A stretch of DNA of 64,000 nt, from the NCBI RefSeq assembly GCF_964355755.1, contig NC_092671.1:21219217-21283216 (forward strand), read 5' to 3'. Position numbers and translations under genes: made by a program. The stretch's first letter is position 1. Each line of letters opens with the position of its first letter. This stretch comes from Antedon mediterranea. Lineage: Eukaryota > Animalia > Echinodermata. The notes beneath the pieces were generated by a model. That model searched no databases. It was given only the letters and a program-made list of their open reading frames with translations, and was not told where the DNA came from. Positions 53,616 to 64,000 of the stretch are shown in pieces.

Positions 53616-55500
53616 AATCTATCTCTCTCTCTCTCTCTCTCTCGCTGATCTATCTCTCTCTCTCGCTGATCTATCTCTTTCTCGCTGATCTATCTCTCTC
53701 TCGCTGATCTATCTGTCTCTCTCACTGATCTGTCTCTCTTTCTCTCGCTTATCTATCTCTATCTCTCACTGATCTATCTCTCTCTCGATGATCTATCTCT
53801 CTCTTGCTGATCTATCTCTCTCTCGCTGATCTATCTCTTTCTCGCTGATCTATCTCTCTTCGGTTATCTATCTCTCTCTCTCTCTCGCTCTCGCTGATCT
53901 ATCTCTCTGTCGCTGATCTATCTCTCTCTCGCTGATCTATCTCTCTCTGGCTGATCTATCTCTCTCGCAGATCTATCTCTCTCTGGTTGATCTATCTCTC
54001 TCTCGCTGATCCATCTCCCTCTCGCTGATCTATCTCTCTCTCTTGCTGATCTATCTCTGTCTCTCGCTGATCTATCTCTGTCTCTCGCTGATCTATCTCT
54101 CTCTCTCGCTGATCTATCTCTCTCTCTCGCTGATCCCTCTCTCTCTCTCTATCTCTCTCTCTCGCTGATCTATCTCTCTCTCGCTGATCTCTCTCTCTCG
54201 CTGATCTATCTCTCTCTCGCTGATCTCTCTCTCTCGCTGATCTATCTCTCGCTGATCTATCTGTCTCTCTCGCTGATCTATCTCTCTCTCTTGCTGATAT
54301 ATCTGTCTCTCGCTGATCTATCTGTCTCTCACTGATCTATCTCTCTCTTGCTGATCCATCTCTCTCTCGCTGATCTATCTCTCTCTCGCTGATCTATCTC
54401 TCTCTCGCTGATATATCTCTCTCTCTCGCTGATCTATCACTCTCTCGCTGATCTATCTCTCTCTCGCTGATCTATCTCTTTCTCTCGCTTATCTATCTCT
54501 GTCTCTCTCGCTGATCTAACTCTCTCTCTCTCGCTGATCCATCTCTCTCTCTCTCGCTAATCTATCTCTCTCTCTCTCTCTCTCGCTGATCTATCTCTCT
54601 CTCTCTCGCTGATCTATATCTCTCTCGCTGATCTATCTCTCTCTCGCTGATCTACCTCTCTCTCCCTGATCTATCTCTCTCTCGCTGATCTATCTCTCTC
54701 TCTCTCTCGCTGATCTATCTCTCTCTCCTCGCTGATCTATCTCTGTCTCTCGCTGATCTATCTCTGTCTCTCGCTGATCTATCTGTCTCTCGCTGATCTC
54801 TCTGTCTCTCGCTGATCTATCTCTCTCTCTCGCTGATCTATCTCTCTCGCTGATCTATCTCTCTCTCGCTGATCTAACTCTCTCTCGCTGATCTATCTCT
54901 CTCTCGCTGATCCATCTCCCTCTCGCTGATCTATCTCTCTCTCTTGCTGATCTATCTCTGCCTCTCGCTGATCTATCTCTGCCTCTCGCTGATCTATCTC
55001 TGTCTCTCGCTTATCTATCTCTCTCTCGCTGATCTCTCTCTCTCGCTGATCTATCTCTCTCTCGCTGATCTCTCCCTCTCGCTATCTCTCTCGCTGATCT
55101 ATCTCTCTCTCTCGCTGATCTCTCCCTCTCGCTGATCTATCTCTCGCTGATCTATCTCTTTCTCTCACTGATATATCTCTTTCTCGCTGATCTATCTCTC
55201 TCTGTCTCGCTGATCTATCTCGGTATCTCTCTCCCTCGCTGATCTATCTCTCTCTCGCTGATCTATCTCTCTCCCGGATCTATCTCTCTCTCGCTGATCT
55301 ATCTCTCACTCGCTGATCTATCTCTCTCTCGCTGATCTATCTCTGTCTGTCGCTAATCTATCTTTGTCTCTCGCTGATTAAATCTCTGTCTCTCGCTGAT
55401 ATATCTCTCTCTCGCTGATCTATCTCTGTCTCTCGCTGATCTATCTCTGTCTCTCGCTGATCTATCTCTGTCTCTCGCTGATCTATCTGTCTCTCGCTGA

Positions 55501-55504
<4 letters not shown>

Positions 55505-55578
<74 letters not shown>
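55505..55578 (+). repeat. (TC)37 microsatellite expansion
   Basis: Direct count. Confidence 0.95.
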
Positions 55579-55583
<5 letters not shown>

Positions 55584-56398
55584 TATATCTCTCTCTCGCT
55601 GATCTATCTCTCTCTCGGTGGTCTATCTCTCTCTCTCTCTCTCTCGCTGATCTATCTCTCTCTCGCTGATCTATCTCTCTCTCGCTGATCTATCTCTCTC
55701 TCGCAGATCTATCTCTCTCTCGCTGATCCATCTCTCTCTCGCTGATCTATCTCTCTCTCGCTGATCTATCTCTCTCTCGCTGATCTATCTCGCTCTCGCT
55801 GATCTATCTCTCTCGCTGTTCTATCTCTTTCTCGCTGATCTATCTCTCTCTCTCTCTCGCTGATCTATCTCTCCCTCATTGATCTATCTCTCTCGCTGAT
55901 CTATCTCTCTCTCTCGCTTATCTATCTCTCTCTCTCGCTGATCTATCTCTCTTTCTCTCTCGCTGATCTTTCTCTCTCTCTCTCTCTCTCTCGCTAATCT
56001 ATCTCTCTCTCTTTCGCTGATCTATCTCTCTCTCTCTCCCTCTCTCTCTCTCTCTCGCTGATCAATCATCTCTCTCTCTCTCTCGCTGATCTATCTCTCT
56101 TTCTCTCGCTGATCTATCTGTCTCTCTCGCTGATCTTTCTCTCTTTCTCTCGCTTATCTATCTCTCTCTCTCTCGCTGATCTATCTCTCTCTCGCTGATC
56201 TATCTCTATCTCGCTGATCTATCTCTCTCTCGCAGATCTATCTCTCTCTCGCTGATCTATCTCTCTCTCGCTGATCCATCTCCCTCTCGCTGATCTATCT
56301 CTCTCTCTTGCTGATCTATCTCTGCCTCTCGCTGATCTATCTCTGTCTCTCGCTGATCTATCTCTGTCTCTCGCTGATCTATCTCTCTCTCTCGCTGA

Positions 56399-56430
<32 letters not shown>

Positions 56431-56678
56431 GCTGATCTATCTCTCTCTCGCTGATCTCTCTCTCGCTGATCTATCTCTCTCTCGCTGATCTCTCTCTCTC
56501 ACTGATCTATCTCTCGCTGATCTATCTCTCTCTCGCTGATATATCTCTCTCTCGCTGATCTATCTCTCTCTGTCTCGCTGATCTATCTTGGTCTCGCTGA
56601 TCTATCTCTCTCCCTCGCTGATCTATCTCTCTCTCGCTGATCTATTTCTTTCTCGCTGATCTATCTCTCTCTCGCTGA

Positions 56679-56709
<31 letters not shown>

Positions 56710-57084
56710 TCTATCTCTCCCTCGCTGATCTATCTCTCTCTCTCGCTGATATATCTCTCTCTCTCGCTGATCTATCTCTGTCTCTTGCTGATCTATCTCT
56801 GTCTCTCGCTGATCTATCTGTCTCTCGCTGATCTATCTGTCTCTCGCTGATCTATCTCTCTCTCTCTCGCTGATCTATCTCTCTCTCGTTGATCTCTCTC
56901 TCTCTCGCTGATCTATCTCTCGCTGATCTATCTCTCTCTCTCGCTGATATATCTCTCTCTCGCTTATCTATCTCTCTCTGTCTCGCTGATCTATCTCGGT
57001 CTCGCTGATCTATCTCTCTCCCTCGCTGATCTATCTCTCTCTCGCTGATCTATCTCTTTCTCGCTGATCTATCTCTCTCTCGCT

Positions 57085-57121
<37 letters not shown>

Positions 57122-57477
57122 TCTATCTCTCTCTCGCTGATCTATCTCTCTCTCGGTGGTCTATCTCTCTCTCTCGCTGATCTATCTCTCTCTCGCTGAT
57201 CTATCTTTCTCTCGCTGATCTATCTCTCTCTCTCGCAGATCTATCTCTCTCTCGCTGATCCATCTCTCTCTCGCTGATCTATCTCTCTCTCGCTGATCTA
57301 TCTCTCTCTCTCGCTGATCTATCTCGCTCTCGCTGATCTATCTCTGTCTGTCGCTAATCTATCTCTGTCTCTCGCTGATAAATCTCTGTCTCTCGCTGAT
57401 ATATCTCTCTCTCGCTGATCTATCTCTGTCTCTCGCTGATCTATCTCTGTCTCTCGCTGATCTATCTGTCTCTCGCT

Positions 57478-57479
<2 letters not shown>

Positions 57480-57541
<62 letters not shown>
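57480..57541 (+). repeat. (TC)31 microsatellite expansion
   Basis: Direct count. Confidence 0.95.
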
Positions 57542-57546
<5 letters not shown>

Positions 57547-58313
57547 TCTATCTCTCTCGCTGATCTATCTCTCTCTCTCGCTGATCTATCTCTCTCTCGC
57601 TGATCTATCTCTCTCTCGCTGATCTATCTCTCTCTCGCAGATCTAACTCTCTCTCGCTGATCCATCTCTCTCTCGCTGATCTATCTCTCTCGCTGATCTA
57701 TCTCTCTCTCGCTGATCTATCTCGCTCTCGCTGATCTATCTCTTTCGCTGTTCTATCTCTTTCTCGCTGATCTATCTCTCTCTCTCTCTCGCTGATCTAC
57801 CTCTCCCTCGTTGATCTATCTCTCTTGCTGATCTATCTCTCTCTCTCGCTTATCTATCTCTCTATCTCTCGCTGATCTATCTCTCTTTCTCTCTCGCTGA
57901 TCTTTCTCTCTCTCTCTCTCTCGCTAATCTATCTCTCTCTCTTTCGCTGATCTATTCTCTCTCTCCCTCTCTCTCTCTCGCTGATCAATCATCTCTCTCT
58001 CTCGCTGATCTATCTCTCTCTCTCTCGCTGATCTATCTGTCTCTCTCGCTGATCTTTCTCTCTTTCTCTCGCTTATCTATCTCTCTCTCTCGCTGATCTA
58101 TCTCTCTCTCGCTGATCTATCTCTATCTCACTGATCTATCTCTCTCTCGCAGATCTATCTCTCTCTCGCTGATCTATCTCTCTCTCGCTGATCCATCTCC
58201 CTCTCGCTGATCTATCTCTCTCTCTTGCTGATCTATCTCTGCCTCTCGCTGATCTATCTCTGTCTCTCGCTGATCTATCTCTGTCTCTCGCTGATCTATC
58301 TCTCTCTCTCGCT

Positions 58314-58360
<47 letters not shown>

Positions 58361-58626
58361 TCTATCTCTCTCTCGCTGATCTCTCTCTCTCTCGCTGATC
58401 TCTCTCTCTCGCTGATCTATCTCTCTCTCGCTGATCTCTCTCTCTCGCTGATCTATCTCTCGCTGATCTATCTCTCTCTCTCGCTGATATATCTCTCTCT
58501 CGCTGATCTATCTCTCTCTGTCTCGCTGATCTATCTCGGTCTCGCTGATCTATCTCTCTCCCTCGCTGATCTATCTCTCTCTCGCTGATCTATCTCTTTC
58601 TCGCTGATCTATCTCTCTCTCGCTGA

Positions 58627-58659
<33 letters not shown>

Positions 58660-59044
58660 CTCGCTGATCTATCTCTCCCTCGCTGATCTATCTCTCTCTC
58701 TCTCGCTGATATATCTCTCTCTCTCTCGCTGATCTATCTCTGTCTCTCGCTGATCTATCTCTGTCTCTCGCTGATCTATCTGTCTCTCGCTGATCTATCT
58801 GTCTCTCGCTGATCTATCTCTCTCTCTCTCGCTGATCTATCTCTCTCTCGTTGATCTCTCTCTCTCGCTGATCTATCTCTTGCTGATCTATCTCTCTCTC
58901 TCGCTGATATATCTCTCTCTCGCTGATCTATCTCTCTCTGTCTCGCTGATCTATCTCGGTCTCGCTGATCTATCTCTCTCCCTCGCTGATCTATCTCTCT
59001 CTCGCTGATCTATCTCTTTCTCGCTGATCTATCTCTCTCTCACT

Positions 59045-59095
<51 letters not shown>

Positions 59096-59276
59096 TCTAT
59101 CTCTCTCTCGCTGATCTTTCTCTCTTTCTCTCGCTTATCTATCTCTCTCTCTCGCTGATCTATCTCTCTCTCGCTGATCTATCTCTATCTCGCTGATCTA
59201 TCTCTCTCTCGCTGATCTATCTCTCTCTCGCTGATCTATCTCTTTCTCGCTGATCTATCTCTCTCTCGCTGATCTA

Positions 59277-59307
<31 letters not shown>

Positions 59308-59661
59308 TCTATCTCTCTCTCTCACTGATCTATCTCTCTTTCTCTCTCGCTGATCTCTCTCTCTCTCTCTCGCTAATCTATCTCTCTCTCTTTCGCTGAT
59401 CTATCTCTCTCTCTCCCTCTCTCTTTCTCTCGCTTATCTTCTCTCTCGCTGATCTATCTCTCTCTCTCGCTGATCTTTCTCTCTTCTCTCGCTTATCTAT
59501 CTCTCTCTCTCTCGCTGATCTATCTCTCTCTCTCGCTGATCCATCTCCCTCTCGCTGATCTATCTCTCTCTTTTGCTGATCTATCTCTGCCTCTCGCTGA
59601 TCTATCTCTGTCTCTCGCTGATCTATCTCTGTCTCTCGCTGATCTATCTCTCTCTCTCGCT

Positions 59662-59663
<2 letters not shown>

Positions 59664-59721
<58 letters not shown>
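59664..59721 (+). repeat. (TC)29 microsatellite expansion
   Basis: Direct count. Confidence 0.95.
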
Positions 59722-59726
<5 letters not shown>

Positions 59727-60204
59727 TCTATTTCTCGCTGATCTATCTCTCTCTCTCGCTGATATATCTCTCTCTCGCTGATCTATCTCTCTCTGTCTCG
59801 CTGATCTATCTCGGTCTCGCTGATCTATCTCTCTCCCTCGCTGATCTATCTCTCTCTCGCTGATCTATCTCTCTCGCTGATCTATCTCTCTCTCGCTGAT
59901 CTATCTCTCACTCGCTGATCTATCTCTCTTTCGCTGATCTATCTCTGTCTGTCGCTAATCTATCTCTGTCTCTCGCTGATCAATCTCTGTCTCTCGCTGA
60001 TCTATCTCTCTCTCGCTGATCTATCTCTGTCTCTCGCTGATCTATCTCTCTCTCTCGCTGATCTATCTCTGTCTCTCGCTGATCTATCTGTCTCTCGCTG
60101 ATCTATCTGTCGCACGCTGATCTATCTCTCTCTCTCTCTCTCGCTGATCTATCTCTCTCTCGCTGATCTATCTCTTTCTCGCTGATCTATCTCTCTCTCG
60201 CTGA

Positions 60205-60235
<31 letters not shown>

Positions 60236-62054
60236 GATCTATCTCTCTCTCGCTGATCTATCTCTCTCTCTCGGTGGTCTATCTCTCTCTCTCTCTCTCG
60301 CTGATCTATCTCTCTCTCGCTGATCTCTCTCGCTGATCTATCTCTCTCTCGCAGATCTATCTCTCTCTCGCTGATCCATCTCTCTCTCTCTCGCTGATCT
60401 ATCTCTCTCTCGCTGATCTATCTCTCTCTCGCTGATCTATCTCGCTCTCGCTGATCTATCTCTCTCTCGCTGTTCTATCTCTTTCTCGCTGATCTATCTC
60501 TCTCTCTCTCTCGCTGATCTCTCTCTCCCTCGTTGATCTATCTCTCTCTCGCTGATCTATCTCTCTCTCGATTATCTATCTCTCTCTCTCGCTGATCTAT
60601 CTCTCTTTCTCTCTCGCTGATCTTTCTCTCTCTCTCGCTAATCTATCTCTCTCTCTTTCGCTGATCTATCTCTCTCTCTCCCTCTCTCTCTCTCGCTGAT
60701 CAATTATCTTTCTCTCTCTCGCTGATCTATCTCTCTCTCTCTCGCTGATCTATCTGTTTCTCTCGCTGATCTTTCTCTCTTTCTCTCGCTTATCTATCTC
60801 TCTCTCTCGCTGATCTATCTCTCTCTCGCTGATCTATCTCTATCTCGCTGATCTATCTCTCTCTCGCAGATCTATCTCTCTCTCGCTGATCTATCTCTCT
60901 TTCGCTGATCCATCTCCCTCTCGCTGATCTATCTCTCTCTCTTGCTGATCTATCTCTGCCTCTCGCTGATCTATCTCTGTCTCTCGCTGATCTATCTCTG
61001 TCTCTCGCTGATCTATCTCTCTCTCTCGCTGATCTCTCTCTCTCTCTCGCTGATCTATCTCTCTCTCGCTGATCTCTCTCTCTCGCTGATCTATCTCTCT
61101 CTCGCTGATCTCTCTCTCTCGCCCTGATCTATCTCTCGCTGATCTATCTCTCTCTCTCGCTGATCTATCTGTCTCTCTCGCTGATCTTTCTCTCTTTCTC
61201 TCGCTTATCTATCTCTCTCTCTCTCGCTGATCTATCTCTCTCTCGCTGATCTATCTCTATCTCGCTGATCTATCTCTCTCTCGCTGATCTCTCTCTCTCT
61301 CGCTGATCTATCTCTTTCTCGCTGATCTATCTCTCTCTCGCTGATCTATCTCTCTCTCTCTCTCTCTCTCGCTGATCTATCTCTCTCTCTCGCTGATCTA
61401 TCTCTCTTTCTCTCTCGCTGATCTCTCTCTCTCTCTCTCTCGCTAATCTATCTCTCTCTCTTTCGCTGATCTATCTCTCTCTCTCCCTCTCTCTCTCTCT
61501 CTCGCTGATCAATCATCTCTCTGTCTCTCGCTGATCTATCTCTCTCTCTCGCTGATCTATCTGTCTCTCTCGCTGATCTTTCTCTCTTTCTCTCGCTTAT
61601 CTATCTCTCTCTCTCTCGCTGATCTATCTCTCTCTCTCGCTGATCTATCTCTATCTCGCTGATCTATCTCTCTCTCGCTGATCTATCTCTCTCTCGCTGA
61701 TCTATCTCTCTCTCGCTGATCTATCTCTCTCTCGCTGATCTATCTCTCTCTCGCTGATCTATCTCTCTCTCTCGCTGATCTATCTCTCTCTCTCGCTGAT
61801 CCATCTCTCTCTCGCTGATCTATCTCTCTCTCGCTGATCTATCTCTCTCTCTCGCTGATCTATCTCTCTCTCGCTGATCTACCTCTCTCTCTCGCTGATC
61901 TATCTCTGTCTCTCGCTGATCTATCTCTGTCTCTCGCTGATCTATTTGTCTCTCGCTGATCTATCTGTCTCTCGCTGATCTATCTCTCTCTCGCTGATCT
62001 ATCTCTCTCTCGCTGATCTATCTCTTTCTCACTGATCTATATCTCTCTCGCTGA

Positions 62055-62088
<34 letters not shown>

Positions 62089-63465
62089 GCTGATCTATCT
62101 CTCTCTCGCTGATCTATCTCTCTCTCGGTGGTCTCTCTCTCTCTCTCTCTCGCTGATCTATCTCTCTCGATGATCTATCTCTCTCTCGCTGATCTATCTC
62201 TCTCTCGCTGATCCATCTCTCTCTCGCTGATCTATCTCTCTCTCGCTGATCTATCTCTCTCTCGCTGATCTATCTCGCTCTCGCTGATCTATCTCTCTCT
62301 CGCTGATCTATCTCTTTCTTGCTGATCTATCTCTCTCTCTCGCTGATCTATCTCTCCCTCGTTGATCTATCTCTCTCTCGCTGATCTATCTCTATCTCTC
62401 TCGCTTATCTATCTCTCTCTCTCGCTGATCTATCTCTCTTTCTCTCTCGCTGATCTTTTCTCTCTCTCTCTCTCGCCTAATCTATCTCTCTCTCTTTCGC
62501 TGATCTATCTCTCTCTCTCCTCTCTCTCTCTCTCTCGCTGATCAATCATCTCTCTCTCTCTCGCTGATCTATCTCTCTCTCTCACTGATCTATCTGTCTC
62601 TCTCGCTCGCTGATCTTTCTCTCTTTCTCTCGCTTATCTATCTCTCTCTCTCTCGCTGATCTATCTCTCTCTCGCTGATCTATCTCTATCTCGCTGATCT
62701 ATCTCTCTCTCGCTGATCTATCTCTCTCTCTCGCTGATCTATCTCTCTCTCTCTCTCTCGCTGATCTATCTCTTTCTCGCTGATCTATCTCTCTCTCGCT
62801 GATCTATCTCTCTTCTATCTCCTCTCTCTCGCTGATCTATCTCTCTCTCGCTGATCTATCTCTCTCTCGCCGATCTATCTCTCTCTCGCTGATCCATCTC
62901 TCTCTCGCTGATCTATCTCTCTCTCGCTGATCTATCTCTCTCTCGCTGATCTATCTCTCTCTCGCTGATCTATTTTTCTCTCGCTGATCTATCTCTCTCA
63001 CGCTGATCTATCTCTCTCTCTCTCGCTGATCTATCTCTCTCTCGCTGATCTATCTCTGTCTCTCGCTGATCTATCTGTCTCTCGCTGATCTATCTGTCTC
63101 TTGCTGATCTATCTCTCTCTCTCGCTGATCTATCTCTCACTCGCTGATCTATCTCTCTCTCGCTGATCTATCTCTGTCTTTCGCTGGTCTATCTCTGTCT
63201 CTCGCTGATCAATCTCTGTCTCTCGCTGATCTCTCTCTCTCTCTCGCTGATCTATCTCTCTCTCTCGCTGATCTATCTCTGTCTCTCGCTGATCTATCTC
63301 TGTCTCTCGCTGATCTGTCTGTCTCTCGCTGATCTATCTGTCTCTCGCTGATCTATCTCTCTCTCGCTGATCTATCTCTCTCTCTCGCTGATCTATCTCT
63401 CTCTCGCTGATCTATCTCTCTCTCGCTGATCTATCTCTTTCTCGCTGATCTATCTCTCTCTCGCT

Positions 63466-63502
<37 letters not shown>

Positions 63503-64000
63503 TCTATCTCTCTCTCGCTGATCTATCTCTCTCTCGGTGGTCTATCTCTCTCTCTCTCGCTGATCTATCTCTCCCTCTCTCGCTGATCTATCTCTCTCTC
63601 GCTGATCTATCTCTCTCTCGCTGAACTATCTCTCTCTCGCTGATCTATCTCTCTCTCGCTGATCCATCTCTCTCTCGCTGATCTATCTCTCTCTCGCTGA
63701 TCTATCTCTCTCTCGCTGATCTATCTCGCTCTCGCTGATCTATCTCTCTCTCGCTTATCTATCTCTTTCTCGCTGATCTATCTCTCTCTCTCGCTGATCT
63801 ATCTCTCCCTCGTTGATCTATCTCTTTCTCGCTGATCTATCTCTCTCTCTCGCTGATCTATCTCTCCCTCGTTGATCTATCTCTCTCTCGCTGATCTATC
63901 TCTCTCTCTCGCTTATCTATCTCTCTCTCTCGCTGATCTATCTCTCTTTCTCTCTCGCTGATCTTTCTCTCTCTCGTCCCTTCTCTCTCTCTCTCTCTTC

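Larger units (their letters stand above)
54600..64000 (+). repeat. Distal satellite sub-domain with private variants and diverged ~1.4-1.9 kb repeats
   Basis: Variants seen only here: TCTGCCTCTC (~54960, 56324, 58241, 59589, 60958), ATCTCGGTCTCGC (~56996, 58537, 58957, 59811), ATCAATCATC (56061, 57984, 61508, 62541) and CGGTGGTCT (~55617, 57155, 60273, 62127, 63536). Confidence 0.8.

Overview
The whole 64 kb window is one uninterrupted head-to-tail tandem array (satellite/minisatellite DNA), with no unique sequence, genes, RNA genes, transposons or CRISPR arrays. The monomer is a fixed 9-nt core plus a variable dinucleotide run, GCTGATCTA(TC)n. The commonest form is n=5 (19 bp: GCTGATCTATCTCTCTCTC). 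Most units are 15-25 bp and a few (TC) runs exceed 100 bp; I estimate roughly 3,000-3,300 monomers. The + strand is about 79% pyrimidine (from the consensus), and I saw no orientation switch. Rare variant monomers act as barcodes and reveal nested higher-order duplications of about 0.26, 0.36, 1.25, 1.8, 2.2, 2.9, 3.5, 4.85 and 9.45 kb, plus long-range re-use of blocks at offsets of about 15.45 kb and 42.4 kb. The distal part (~54-64 kb) is a more diverged sub-domain with its own variants. Each monomer carries GATC, one CpG at the junction, and AGATAG plus GAGAG on the minus strand. The sequence most likely comes from eukaryotic heterochromatin, but the organism cannot be determined. All seven supplied ORFs are translation artefacts of the repeat. 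Coordinates were read by eye, so block boundaries are approximate (about +/-50 bp). I find no protein-coding 'system'; the interest lies in the array's architecture.
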